DNA of 64,000 nucleotides from a virus (Duplodnaviria; Caudoviricetes): IMG/VR virus record IMGVR_UViG_3300023047_000002; one strand, 5' to 3'. Shown piece by piece: positions 41,245 to 51,736 of this stretch (position 1 is its first letter; each line of letters starts with the position of its first letter). The notes under the pieces were generated by a model. It saw only the letters and a program-made list of their open reading frames with translations, ran no database searches and was not told where the DNA came from. The position numbers and the translations under genes were made by a program.

Positions 41245-42963
41245 TCACAGGAACAAAAACCATCGGGTCAGACCGCACCGAAACACCCTATAATACCCCA
41301 AGGAACTTAAAAGAAAAGACTCAAGAGACTGTCCATTCGACGGATCATATCTTTCGACAATTTCAGGATTGTCTTTCAACAGAGTATCCATTGGAACATG
41401 TCCCATAGGAAAGTACCGCCTAACGGTCGGCTTGTACCAATAATAATTCTTTATAGTCTCGCCATCACGAATGAATCCAAGCTCTTTAAGACACTCCTCT
41501 GATTCAAAATCATTATCTGTGTGTGAAATCACATGTTTCGGAGAGTATTCAGAACAGAATGCGGAAAACAGTGCAGACGCACCACCATCAATACGATGTC
41601 TTGGAAGCGTGGCGAAACGGGAAAGAATCCAATGCTCAGTATCTTTGTCAGGAATAAATGACATGACGCTGAGAAGAACGCCTCCACGCTGCCTAAGACC
41701 GTAATACACAGAACCATGACCTTCCTGCTGTAAGTCTCCGGTCATGTAATTCTTCTCAACAAACGTGTGCCCCTCATCTGTACTCAATTTCTCAAGAGTC
41801 AGTTCAGAAACACCAAAGTGGTACAAAGAATCTGAAAACACATCCATGAGCATGTTTTTGGTACGTTCCTCATTGAACCACCAATCCACGTCATACAAGG
41901 AAATCAGACGTATACCCTGCTCTGCACACAAAGAGAACTTCTTGTAGTGATGCGTGTCGGAAACAGGAGAGCGTAGGTTTCCTTCTGAAGCGTGCCAGTA
42001 AGTTCCGTTGACTTCAACAGCAGTCTTTTTCTCTGGGCAGTAAATGTCAAGTTCCAGTTTGTATGTCGTCTCATATACAGTACTCTTTAAAGAAATAACA
42101 GATCTGTCATTGCGAAGTACATGGGTTCCAGAACATAACTTACCGATAAAGCTGAAAATGGAATCCTCCATTGGCGAGACAACTTTAGGAACACAGTCAG
42201 GGCAGTAGATACCTCCACTCCTGAACTCATGGTTTTCCATGTGGTACACCGTTGAAACCTGACGTTCGACAGGATTCCCACAGACTGAGCAAATGAAGAC
42301 GGCACGGTCATTGGTTGACAATTCACGCTTTCTTGCTCGTTCGCGATCAGCCTCATAATAGAGAGATGCGATAAATTCTTCAGAATAAGCCTTCCGGTTG
42401 CGTGCAAAGTTCTGTCTTGCCCTGTCAGAGACATCTGCGGACAAACATCTAGGACACAAATTCCTGTACTGCACGGAGTAATCAGACTTCCATCTCAAGT
42501 TAAAAACACAGGAATACACCTCACCACAGAACTCACATACAAAATCTGCCTCGTGGTGTCTTAAAAGGGTGCCATCCAGTAAAGCTCTCCGAGACCCCTC
42601 TGTAAGAGATGTCAAAACAGCGTCAGGAATATCGGAAACACGATCAGATTTCAGCCTATCGCTGACATTTTTATGCATGACTTTCAAATGTTCAGTTTCC
42701 CATTTTGCGTAACACTCCTTGCACAGGCAAGGACGGACAGGTTCTCCGGTTTTCTTTGAGACGACATTGTAAACATTGCGCTCAAGAACGTTGTCGCAGT
42801 ACTGACAACGGATTTTAACTTTGTGTTTGGACGACAAACGATTACTCTCAGCCAATTTCTTGTCCTGATCATCAACAAGACGGTCAACAAACCACTTCGG
42901 ATAAGAAGTTCCTTTACGTGCCCATTTAGTTTCCATAAAATACTCCATGTAAAAGATAGCCAC
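41245..42963 (-). CDS. Hef-like free-standing endonuclease: zinc ribbons + PD-(D/E)XK + GNAT-like C-terminus
   Basis: Three CxxC...CxxC units, ELDIYCPEKKTAVEVNGTYWH, LSRFAT...GGASALF...ISHTD. Confidence 0.75.
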   Translation of the reverse strand: MAIFYMEYFMETKWARKGTSYPKWFVDRLVDDQDKKLAESNRLSSKHKVKIRCQYCDNVLERNVYNVVSKKTGEPVRPCLCKECYAKWETEHLKVMHKNVSDRLKSDRVSDIPDAVLTSLTEGSRRALLDGTLLRHHEADFVCEFCGEVYSCVFNLRWKSDYSVQYRNLCPRCLSADVSDRARQNFARNRKAYSEEFIASLYYEADRERARKRELSTNDRAVFICSVCGNPVERQVSTVYHMENHEFRSGGIYCPDCVPKVVSPMEDSIFSFIGKLCSGTHVLRNDRSVISLKSTVYETTYKLELDIYCPEKKTAVEVNGTYWHASEGNLRSPVSDTHHYKKFSLCAEQGIRLISLYDVDWWFNEERTKNMLMDVFSDSLYHFGVSELTLEKLSTDEGHTFVEKNYMTGDLQQEGHGSVYYGLRQRGGVLLSVMSFIPDKDTEHWILSRFATLPRHRIDGGASALFSAFCSEYSPKHVISHTDNDFESEECLKELGFIRDGETIKNYYWYKPTVRRYFPMGHVPMDTLLKDNPEIVERYDPSNGQSLESFLLSSLGYYRVFRCGLTRWFLFL

Positions 42964-42976
42964 ACCAGGTATCTAT

Positions 42977-45034
42977 GTGGCTATCAACATAGATGAAAGT
43001 GACCACAATGTAAAGGGACAGTTTATGGCAAATATGAGAGCAATCAAAAATGTACTTGAACAGCTTAAAACGAAAAAACCAGAATTGCGGGAACCATTAG
43101 TGCCTATACGAGAATGGGTACAAGACCCTTACTATGTAGGAAAAGGTGGCGTGTTTACATGGAATGACGGGATTCCTACTGGTATATATCCGTACTACCA
43201 GGAATTGCTATGTGATCTGTTTGAGTATGAGAATAAATATGACATGGTGGTTATTTCTGGAGGTATCGGCGGTGGAAAAACGAGCTTCGGTCTGTATTGT
43301 TTCATCAGAAAACTTTACGAGCAGAGTGTTTACAACAACATACAGGGTCGCTATGGTCTCATGCCAACATCACCAATCGTGTTCCTCTATTTTTGTGCTG
43401 TGTCAAAGTTTATGGCAGTACGCCTTGGAACACAGCTTCGTGAAATTATCGACACCATACCATACTTCAAGGAAAAGTTCCCAAGAGATGAGCACATTAA
43501 CTCAGAGCTGCGCTTCCCTAACAACGTGTCCGTAATTTTCGGGACTGGTGAAGGAGATATGATTGGGAACAATGTAATATCCAGTATCATCGACGAGGCT
43601 AACTTTAAGGGTGATGCCACAGGTGATGCAGGCTCACTTACAGAAATCCAGAAGATGCATCACTCAGTATTGTCACGACAGGCTTCACGTTTCTCGTTCA
43701 ACGGAGTCAACTATGGAATGAATATCGTCATATCATCAGCCACAACAAGCAACTCTTATACGGAGCATCTATTTAAGGAGGCACAGACGAACCCTCGTGC
43801 TAAAGCTGTGAATGTGAGGACATGGGACGTGAAACCTTGGGCGCATAAGAAAGAGCGTTTCTATGTGTTCAGTGGAAGCGAGAAGTATGACCCGTTTATT
43901 ATGGACAGCCCTGAAAAAATCGAAAGCCAGCTTAACATTCCTGTAAGTCACGGAAAGCCAATGGAAGAAATTGTAACCGAACTGCCACAAGAGATTCGTA
44001 GACTGGTTGATGCAGTTCCTATTGATCGTAAAGAGGAGTATGAACGGGATATCTACCTAGCTTTAAGAGATATATCAGGTATATCGGTTTATGCACAAGG
44101 CAAACTGTTCCAGGACAAACACGTGTTCAGCCAATGTATCGACAGTTCGTTACCGAAAATTTTCTCAAGAAACGAGTTCACAGTTGAAACGAACAACAAC
44201 TCACCTACGAACTGCATTCAATACTATCTGGACAGACCTTTCCTCGACCCACAAAAACCACGCTACATCCACATCGACTTAGGCCTTACGAACGATGCCA
44301 CAGGTATTTCGTGCTGTTACAAAGCAGGGGAAACCATAGCAGACGGTGTGCGTACACCAGTATTCGTCTATGACTTCTCTCTACGACTTGTACCGCCGCC
44401 ACTACCAAGACGAATAAGCATTGCACGTGTCAATGAATTTATCCTCTATCTTTCACGCAAACTACACCTAGGCATGGTTTCGATGGACCAATTTCAAAGC
44501 TCGGCGAGCTTACAATTCTTTGAAGAGAACGGAATACCATGCAGATACCAATCAGTTGACAGAACGGACAAGGCGTACCTGTTCTTTGTGGACTGCATGT
44601 ACCGCCAGATAGTCAAATTTCCTACGGACTTTGCAGAAGCAATCCAGCCTGAACTGTTCAATCTTGAATGGAATCGTTCAAAACACAAAGTTGACCATCC
44701 TGGAACGACACAGACAGGAGGTATGAAAGACAGGATGGATGCCGTTGTCGGTTCACTCTATAACGCATACGAATGTGGAGTAACAGAGTACAATCCTCAG
44801 GACATTCTGTCTTTGTCAATGCACAACCCGACAGAGACGATTACCTACCGTGACAACAGAACAAGTCAAAGTAATGGAGCTACGACTCCTGCAGAAGGAT
44901 TTGTATCCGGATATGATGAACAGGATATTTTGAATATGCCACTCATGTATAAGCACACATCAGAAGACGAAATGGATGCTCTCTACGGAAGCACGATTGA
45001 TTGGGATAGCGTGATTAACCGCGAAGACAATTAG
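42977..45034 (+). CDS. terL: Terminase large subunit
   Basis: Walker A GGIGGGKT, Walker B IIDEANF, RNase H-like HIDLG, SMDQFQS, KDRMDAV. Confidence 0.92.
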   Translation: MAINIDESDHNVKGQFMANMRAIKNVLEQLKTKKPELREPLVPIREWVQDPYYVGKGGVFTWNDGIPTGIYPYYQELLCDLFEYENKYDMVVISGGIGGGKTSFGLYCFIRKLYEQSVYNNIQGRYGLMPTSPIVFLYFCAVSKFMAVRLGTQLREIIDTIPYFKEKFPRDEHINSELRFPNNVSVIFGTGEGDMIGNNVISSIIDEANFKGDATGDAGSLTEIQKMHHSVLSRQASRFSFNGVNYGMNIVISSATTSNSYTEHLFKEAQTNPRAKAVNVRTWDVKPWAHKKERFYVFSGSEKYDPFIMDSPEKIESQLNIPVSHGKPMEEIVTELPQEIRRLVDAVPIDRKEEYERDIYLALRDISGISVYAQGKLFQDKHVFSQCIDSSLPKIFSRNEFTVETNNNSPTNCIQYYLDRPFLDPQKPRYIHIDLGLTNDATGISCCYKAGETIADGVRTPVFVYDFSLRLVPPPLPRRISIARVNEFILYLSRKLHLGMVSMDQFQSSASLQFFEENGIPCRYQSVDRTDKAYLFFVDCMYRQIVKFPTDFAEAIQPELFNLEWNRSKHKVDHPGTTQTGGMKDRMDAVVGSLYNAYECGVTEYNPQDILSLSMHNPTETITYRDNRTSQSNGATTPAEGFVSGYDEQDILNMPLMYKHTSEDEMDALYGSTIDWDSVINREDN

Positions 45035-45125
45035 TAACTAAAAGTCATTTAAAGTTTCGTGTGAAGCTGCACATCAAACCAAACGTATCGAAATTAAGAT
45101 GCTTAGGTAAGTATCCAGAGAGGAA

Positions 45126-48100
45126 GTGAAAATGCCAGAAACCACACAAAAACCATTATCGTTCGAGGATGCAATTTTATCCAGTCCATTATCTGTTTAC
45201 ATAGGGCGCATAGTTTACATGCCTTCGTCATGGAAAGAAAACGGACTCGTGTACGTAGACATCAATGCAATCGATGGCGACGTAAAACAGCCAAAGTCAA
45301 GCGAATATAATGGCAAAGACATGGAACACGAACTGGAAAGCTATGGTTACAGACGAGCCATGCTTCCACGTGGACTCGTCATGGCAGCCAACCTATGGGA
45401 AAATCCACAAACGATTTACTACAAAGGATCATTCGCAGGGAACGGAAGCATCAGCATCTCAAACTATATGTTCGATCCACTGACAATGACGTGGATTACA
45501 ACAGTATCCACAGCCTTGAATGCAATAGGTATTATCAATGTTCCGCCCATGTTCGTGTCCTTATCTGAAACTGGAATACCTGCGCCGGCAACATCAGTAG
45601 ATGTCGGGCAAATCGTCGAAGAAGCGTTCTCGAATGCACTGTCAAGCATGACGAATCCACTTGAACCAGGAAGCAGTGACTCATTAATCCCATCACTGGA
45701 CGCATCAGACATAATCGATAAAGTAAAGGATTCACTCCTAGGATCCCTTGCGATACCAGGAAGCAATGTTAAAACTCTTCTTTCTGAGGGTGTGAAGCTC
45801 GTATCTGGACTTCTTCCAAAACTAAAAGAAGCCTATGGGTTCGATGAGCTGATAAACAAACGAGATGTACTCCACGAAGCATTGACAGATGCAGAAGAAC
45901 AAATCGTTCAGAAAATAACTGCTCTTCAAAAGACAGCAGAAGATCATTTAAAAAACCTTGCTACATCAGCAATAAGTGCTGCACAGAGCCAACTAAAAGA
46001 AATCATTATGAGCGTTGCATCGCCTATAGTAAACAAGGTAACAGCACTCTATAACGAAGTCTTAGGTAAAATACGTGACAAAATACGCAACGTAGTAGAC
46101 AAAAAGATAAAGCCGCCACTAAAAAAGGTAAAGAAAAAACTGGAAAAGATAGTGTCACAGTCAATTTCACCAATCATCGCAAGACTTCCAATGCCAGCAC
46201 GCTTCATGGCGTCAATAGTCGTGAAAAAAGTTCTGGAAAAGGTATGTGAGAAGGTTGTCGGTTTCGTAGTAAAAGCCGTAAAAGATGCACTAAAAAAATC
46301 ATTCGATTATGGAAAAGACAAAATCATCGAATTACTGATGAAAGCATTTGAGCCACTGAAAGAAAAAATAATGCAGAGCTTTATAGGACAAACCGCTTAC
46401 CAACTGACAAGCAAGACACAATGGTTTATGAACACTGATGCCGGTGATGTCGTAAAAGCACTTCCTGAAATGATTGTAGAACAATTCAAACAGATGGATG
46501 ACGTGTACGAAACGATTGAAGAACGTATAACACCATCGACATCTGAGATGACAAACGTAAATTCACTCCTAAGCGAATTTCTAAAATCGGTATACGAAGG
46601 ATGTGTGGAACGCGATAACCCATCAAGCGGTATAGAACTATGGGATGGAATACGAGGTAGACGTGTCAGCTTCTACGACATAAAAGATTCACCATATTTG
46701 AAAATGTCATCACCTGTGACCATACTCACTGAGAAAGCATATAATATAATACAGGAAAAATATGCGGCATTGATTCAGGAAAAACTGATCCCAATAATGT
46801 CTTATGCTGAGGCACTGAACAATCCAACATCAAAGCCATCGGAACTCATTTCCAAGACACTTGAAAAACTACCTAAAACACTGGTAATACAAAGTTCTGA
46901 CAGAGATGAAATTTTAGGACGAATCCACGGAGCAACACTACAAGGTATCGAAGATTACACGAAGTACGCACGTTTCGTAGATGATGGTATCCTAAACTAC
47001 ATCTGTTCCCTTATCGGAATACAACCAGACAGCATAAAATATACGTACATAGACAAGTACAACATGATACTGCCGGAGATAGACATCTACAATGATTTCT
47101 TTCCTACCTACCCAACTGACGGATACACCGACCTTGACCTAGCAATTATGGGTCCTCTGATTGCCTACGTAAGATGTGGCTTCTGTGCATACATAAATGA
47201 AATGCTTGCGTCTCTGCATGTCCTCATTACAGGTGGCGTGTTATACGATCAACAAACAAACGGGTCATACATACCAAGGTCACTCACAGACATGTATGGA
47301 AATGATGTGTATTGCTATAAGCACACTAACTCAGGATATATCAGAATTGACAGCCAGACAGGTATAATATTCCAAGTGTGCCCGGCATTCGTTATTGACA
47401 TACGTGAAATACAGGCTGAAAAGAAAAAGAACTCCGTAAAGACTACCCAAGAAACCGAACTTAAAGAAGTCTCTGTATTCAATGCACAAAATCTGGTGAG
47501 TGAAGAATACCTTGAGAAACATCCTGAAATGAAAGGAAATGTCATAACACTAAATGCAGAACAAGCAGAACTTCTTACAAATTGGTTTGTCTTCATATTT
47601 GACACGTCTAAGTACCCATACAAGAAACCGGCTGGAATACCATCAGGACGTTCGCAAGTAACGGTAAGCATCGGAGATGTGGATAAAGACCCAAACGGGC
47701 TAAAGTTCTCTTACGGTGGAACAGAGTTCACTATAAACATGCGGAAGTACGTTGAAATGGTGAATCCAATAATCATTCAGAAAAACAGCTTCTTCACAGT
47801 AAATGGATTACGGTACATATACCCTATGACAACGGGATATATGGACTTACCTATTGTGCTGTATGAAGTGAGCAGAGGTGACATTACCGATAAAAACGGT
47901 AATGTGGAAGAATTCACATTCTGGACTACCGTATATGAACCTGAACTTGACGATGACAACAATCCTGTCGTTGACGACTCTGGAAATCAAGTCTTCATTG
48001 AAAGAGATCAGCTAAACACTGTGACAAGCAAAGACGTAACTGTCACATGCGACCAAATACTCTGGTACGAAGACGAAAGTGCTTCTCCTATTGATGTATC

Positions 48101-49112
48101 AACATTCTTCTTCCTCACACAACCTATAAAGACAGAAGGAACAGATACAGGCATAGGAATCTTCACACGGACAACTGAATACGGAAGCCAGTTAGAAATA
48201 AGGTACAACAAAAAGAAAGACGGCAATGTAACATCCTACACTAAAGGCTTCAACAGAGAAGTACATACCATGGCCTGTAAGGAATTGATGTTTATTAGCA
48301 TAAACCCGAAAAATGATAAAATACAAGATAGAGCACGGCTAAATAAAAACGCAGTGCCGAATAGCATACTTCCTATGCATGTCTATCGTGACAATATTTC
48401 AGCGATTGTCAAAAAAGAGAATGACGCAAATACAGAAACGGAATCAAACTCTTCAGACAGCTTTGAACAAACAATAGAGAATATGATAGAGGTAGCACAG
48501 GCAGTTTCGGAAACCACTAAAAATGTCATTTACAAGGCTTTTGATGTTGTTGACTTTGACGCCCTAAAGAATATAGAACCACTACTATCTGACGTAGAAC
48601 AAAAAGTAATGGATAAGATGACATCGTTTATGGAAGATGCCAAAGCAGAGGTATCAGAGTTCGCATCAGAGTTCAACGATATCGTAAAAAACACAATGAG
48701 CGGTCTAGGAGAACTCGCAGGTGAAACAATCGACCTAAAATCATTAACAGAAAAGATAACGACGATGCTCGGTGCTGAGAAAGGTGTAAGGGAGGTAATA
48801 TCAACACTGAACAAGCTCGGCGATGTAGCAACTAAAGTTAATGACAACTTTGAAGCTGCAAGTGGAACTTTAGATACATCACTTATAAGTGAACTTGGAG
48901 CAATGGTAGGACCATCTATGTCACTATCCAACAGCATCGGAGATTACGACATGTCTCTTACCGAAAAACCAAAGAGCCTAAAACCATACTGCCATGACAC
49001 CGAGGATGATGTTCTTCTAAAAGTCGGCGACTTGGTATTACTAATGGCCATTGGAAATTCAACAGAACATCTTTACGTATTAGACATACCGTACAACAAC
49101 CAAATCGTGTGA
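45126..49112 (+). CDS. Large putative baseplate hub/spike-associated protein with long helical regions
   Basis: N-terminal YIGRIV...LVYVDI and C-terminal LKVGDLVLLMAIGNSTEHLYVL resemble gp5/VgrG OB-fold strands. Confidence 0.45.
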   Translation: MKMPETTQKPLSFEDAILSSPLSVYIGRIVYMPSSWKENGLVYVDINAIDGDVKQPKSSEYNGKDMEHELESYGYRRAMLPRGLVMAANLWENPQTIYYKGSFAGNGSISISNYMFDPLTMTWITTVSTALNAIGIINVPPMFVSLSETGIPAPATSVDVGQIVEEAFSNALSSMTNPLEPGSSDSLIPSLDASDIIDKVKDSLLGSLAIPGSNVKTLLSEGVKLVSGLLPKLKEAYGFDELINKRDVLHEALTDAEEQIVQKITALQKTAEDHLKNLATSAISAAQSQLKEIIMSVASPIVNKVTALYNEVLGKIRDKIRNVVDKKIKPPLKKVKKKLEKIVSQSISPIIARLPMPARFMASIVVKKVLEKVCEKVVGFVVKAVKDALKKSFDYGKDKIIELLMKAFEPLKEKIMQSFIGQTAYQLTSKTQWFMNTDAGDVVKALPEMIVEQFKQMDDVYETIEERITPSTSEMTNVNSLLSEFLKSVYEGCVERDNPSSGIELWDGIRGRRVSFYDIKDSPYLKMSSPVTILTEKAYNIIQEKYAALIQEKLIPIMSYAEALNNPTSKPSELISKTLEKLPKTLVIQSSDRDEILGRIHGATLQGIEDYTKYARFVDDGILNYICSLIGIQPDSIKYTYIDKYNMILPEIDIYNDFFPTYPTDGYTDLDLAIMGPLIAYVRCGFCAYINEMLASLHVLITGGVLYDQQTNGSYIPRSLTDMYGNDVYCYKHTNSGYIRIDSQTGIIFQVCPAFVIDIREIQAEKKKNSVKTTQETELKEVSVFNAQNLVSEEYLEKHPEMKGNVITLNAEQAELLTNWFVFIFDTSKYPYKKPAGIPSGRSQVTVSIGDVDKDPNGLKFSYGGTEFTINMRKYVEMVNPIIIQKNSFFTVNGLRYIYPMTTGYMDLPIVLYEVSRGDITDKNGNVEEFTFWTTVYEPELDDDNNPVVDDSGNQVFIERDQLNTVTSKDVTVTCDQILWYEDESASPIDVSTFFFLTQPIKTEGTDTGIGIFTRTTEYGSQLEIRYNKKKDGNVTSYTKGFNREVHTMACKELMFISINPKNDKIQDRARLNKNAVPNSILPMHVYRDNISAIVKKENDANTETESNSSDSFEQTIENMIEVAQAVSETTKNVIYKAFDVVDFDALKNIEPLLSDVEQKVMDKMTSFMEDAKAEVSEFASEFNDIVKNTMSGLGELAGETIDLKSLTEKITTMLGAEKGVREVISTLNKLGDVATKVNDNFEAASGTLDTSLISELGAMVGPSMSLSNSIGDYDMSLTEKPKSLKPYCHDTEDDVLLKVGDLVLLMAIGNSTEHLYVLDIPYNNQIV

Positions 49113-49116
49113 CGAT

Positions 49117-49149
49117 AAAAAGAGCGATGGATTTTATCCATCGCTCTTT
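49117..49149. terminator. Bidirectional intrinsic terminator
   Basis: AAAGAGCGATGGA-N5-TCCATCGCTCTTT between convergent genes. Confidence 0.8.
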
Positions 49150-49188
49150 AGACACGAACAACACAACCAGACATGTGAACTACCAACC

Positions 49189-49340
49189 TCTTTCTGTGCC
49201 TCGGTTTCAATTTTAGCGAGTTTCTACTCGATCACTTCACCGCTGCGCGAGGAGGCAAGTGCCTCAGCATAAAGACGGTCTTTCTCGGTGTTATAGGTGT
49301 TGTTGTAGATTTCTCTGCACGATTCTTTAACGGTTGGCAT
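49189..49340 (-). pseudogene. Truncated 5' fragment of the gene downstream of the methyltransferase (probable cognate endonuclease)
   Basis: GGAGG RBS, ATG overlapping the MTase end; MPTVKESCREIY...EVIE*KLAKIETEAQKE has an internal TAG and is cut at the hairpin. Confidence 0.6.
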
Positions 49341-50505
49341 CTATGTTCGCCTCCAATATCTCTGCGATTTTTTTGCCCCAAGCATAAGCAAGCAGAGGAG
49401 GAACAGCATCGCCTATCTGCTCGTATTTGTCTTGTGTAGTGCGGTCAATGTGTGGAACAAGATAAGGACCACCACAAAAGTCATAAGAGTCTGGGAATGA
49501 TTGCAATCTTGCACATTCACGAACCGTGAGAGCACGATTATGGTTCGGATGCACAAATTCATCCAGACAGTGACTTGTTACGGTCGGAGAAGGTTCTCCG
49601 CTAATCAAGCGGTAATTTCGCTTGATAAACATCTTCTTGGGCAAGATTCTCTCTGCCTGTAATGCCTCTCGCTCCTCGCCTGTGTATCGGTCGAAAAGGT
49701 CTTTCAAACTTTCGCCCTGTTTCAGCAGTTCGAATCGTTGCAAGGTACAGGCACGATGTTTCATAGGTTTGTGGTAAGTGATTTCTTTTACTTCGCCACG
49801 ATTCCAGAAAGATGCATTTTTCATCAGCAAGGAGAAAGCGCTCTCTGTTCCAGTGTAGGTGGTGCCTTCTTCCTCTGTGTTTGGAATGACATTCGGCAAA
49901 CCTGCAAATGCCTCTGCGACAGTTACCTCTTTGTTGCAAGTCGGAACAGGTGCAGACAGCAACCATTTCGGGTCTTTGCTTGCGAGGATAAAATATCTCT
50001 TTCTCCGTTGGGGAACACCGAACTGTGTGGCAGAGAGAACGACCTCAATGTAATTGCCGTAACCTGCCTCGGTCAATTCTCGTTTCAGTACATCAACAAT
50101 CAATTCCTTAGAGGTTTTCTCCACGGTCTTGGTTGTGATGGCTGGCACATTCTCGAATAGAATCATTTTCGCATTTGCGATTTGAGCAATGCGAATTCCC
50201 TCACGGAATAAAAACTGTCTGTCATCGTAGAAAGAACGAGAGGTATTGCCCGCAGTAGAAAAGGTTTCGCACGGCATACCAGATGTAACAAGGTCAATCC
50301 CTTCTTTAGGAATAAAGGGCAGAATCTGCTCTGCAGTGACCTTGCGAATATCGGAATGAATGACATAAACTTCTGGATGGTTCGCAGAATAAGTCTCGCA
50401 ACAACTCTTTATGTATTCAATGGCAACCTTGGTGTCAAATCCTGCGGCGTGCAAACCTGTGCAGATGCCACCTGGGCCAGCAAAGCAATCTATATGTGTT
50501 AGCAT
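49327..50505 (-). CDS. C5-cytosine DNA methyltransferase (bacterial type II RM-like)
   Basis: DCFAGPGG, GMPCETFS, FENV, PQRRKR, RALTVRECARLQSFPD, QIGDAVPP; GGAGGTG RBS. Confidence 0.93.
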   Translation of the reverse strand: MLTHIDCFAGPGGICTGLHAAGFDTKVAIEYIKSCCETYSANHPEVYVIHSDIRKVTAEQILPFIPKEGIDLVTSGMPCETFSTAGNTSRSFYDDRQFLFREGIRIAQIANAKMILFENVPAITTKTVEKTSKELIVDVLKRELTEAGYGNYIEVVLSATQFGVPQRRKRYFILASKDPKWLLSAPVPTCNKEVTVAEAFAGLPNVIPNTEEEGTTYTGTESAFSLLMKNASFWNRGEVKEITYHKPMKHRACTLQRFELLKQGESLKDLFDRYTGEEREALQAERILPKKMFIKRNYRLISGEPSPTVTSHCLDEFVHPNHNRALTVRECARLQSFPDSYDFCGGPYLVPHIDRTTQDKYEQIGDAVPPLLAYAWGKKIAEILEANIDANR

Positions 50506-50668
50506 TGTGGCACACCTCCGTAGGTGTAGATACAAAAATTCATCATATATTATAGCATAAAGGGTCGAAAAAGCCATAGGATTTTGTAAAAAAGATATGA
50601 CGAAATTTCGACATATCAAAAAAGCAGAGGCAACCCACTAAAGCAGGTTGGCTTGCGGCTCGCCTCTG

Positions 50669-50839
50669 TTAAATGCCTGAATTGCCATTATCGGAAATGT
50701 CCCGAAGACGGTCAAAATGTTCATTAAGAATTGACATGATTGCCAAGTCTTTCTTTGCAAGGTAATCCATGAGTTCAATCAACACCTTGGACAAGTACTT
50801 GATGTTCTCATCAGCCATAATCTCTTCATCTGTTCTCAT
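50669..50839 (-). CDS. Small hypothetical protein
   Basis: GGAG RBS and its own TGGTGCTG promoter; the stop codon overlaps the element boundary. Confidence 0.6.
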   Translation of the reverse strand: MRTDEEIMADENIKYLSKVLIELMDYLAKKDLAIMSILNEHFDRLRDISDNGNSGI

Positions 50840-50893
50840 AACGACATACTCCACAAATAGTTCTAAAACGACAAGATACCCTGTCGTTTTAGA

Positions 50894-50933
50894 AATATAA
50901 CACAAAATATATTAAATACCTTTATCAGCACCA
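50894..50933 (-). promoter_or_regulatory. TGGTGCTG-N26-extended -10 promoter
   Basis: Box at 50926-50933, TGTGT-TATATT. Confidence 0.75.
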
Positions 50934-50950
50934 TAGAACCGACACAGGAC

Positions 50951-51679
50951 TTACTGAGGCGGATTCCAGTTTCCAGAACGTGTCGAAGAAAATCCCTGAC
51001 TTGAGGACATTCTATGGATACCTGTGTTTCCATCTCTGTGAACACGTCTGTCAGTTATCACATACGGTGATAGTTCTTCTTGGTCAACAGTGTCGTTCAC
51101 AGAAGATACAGGTCGTAATGAACGATTCGATTGAGCGCAAGTCTGAGGAACAGGATTCCTTATGGAATACGGACTTTCCTGTGCGTTAAAACGCTCCTGC
51201 GTACTTCGCATCTGATTCTGAACAACAGAAGTGTTATCATGCGGCACAGAGAAATCCGCGTCGAATTCTTCCTCGTTGTTGTTATACGGAAGCGTTGAAA
51301 GATCATTCAAATCCAAATTATCATCCTCATCAGATACAATCTTCTTAGCATCAGAGAACTTTACATTAACACGAGTATTCCCTTTCTTCAGATTCATCTC
51401 TGGCAGACGTAACTGTTCCCCACGTGCCCGAGCTTTCTCAGACACATGTGAAAGGATGTAAGCTACAGAGACGAGAACTGAACCTACTGCAAGAATCATG
51501 CGGACTTCGTTCGTAAGATGCGAGAAATCAAGTATAACACCGAATAGGATTCCCAGATAAACGATTACCAAAGTCCATGTAAAAGAAATTTTCGTAAAAC
51601 GTGCCACCAACGGCATCACCACACTGAAAAGCACAAGGAAACCGATGATGAAAAAAAGCGTATGCGTTGCGTTCAACAT
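50951..51679 (-). CDS. Membrane protein (3 N-terminal TM helices, disordered tail); holin candidate
   Basis: Hydrophobicity pattern only. Confidence 0.5.
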   Translation of the reverse strand: MLNATHTLFFIIGFLVLFSVVMPLVARFTKISFTWTLVIVYLGILFGVILDFSHLTNEVRMILAVGSVLVSVAYILSHVSEKARARGEQLRLPEMNLKKGNTRVNVKFSDAKKIVSDEDDNLDLNDLSTLPYNNNEEEFDADFSVPHDNTSVVQNQMRSTQERFNAQESPYSIRNPVPQTCAQSNRSLRPVSSVNDTVDQEELSPYVITDRRVHRDGNTGIHRMSSSQGFSSTRSGNWNPPQ

Positions 51680-51736
51680 GACACAATCCTCACAAAGGCC
51701 CCTAACTCATCTGACAGTGCTTAGATAGATTTTAAG

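Larger units (their letters stand above)
49175..50672 (-). mobile_element. Minimal IS605-end element split by a 1.44 kb cargo
   Basis: GTGAACTACCAACC (49175-49188) ... CAACCCACTAAAGCAGGTTGGCTTGCGGCTCGCCTCTGTTAA (50631-50672). Joined, they rebuild an element like the intact 61403-61453. Confidence 0.75.

Noticed and set aside
49327..50619. Complete RM system, or the 430 aa MTase start
   Set aside because: The partner gene is truncated with an internal stop; the RBS and motif I place the start at 50505.
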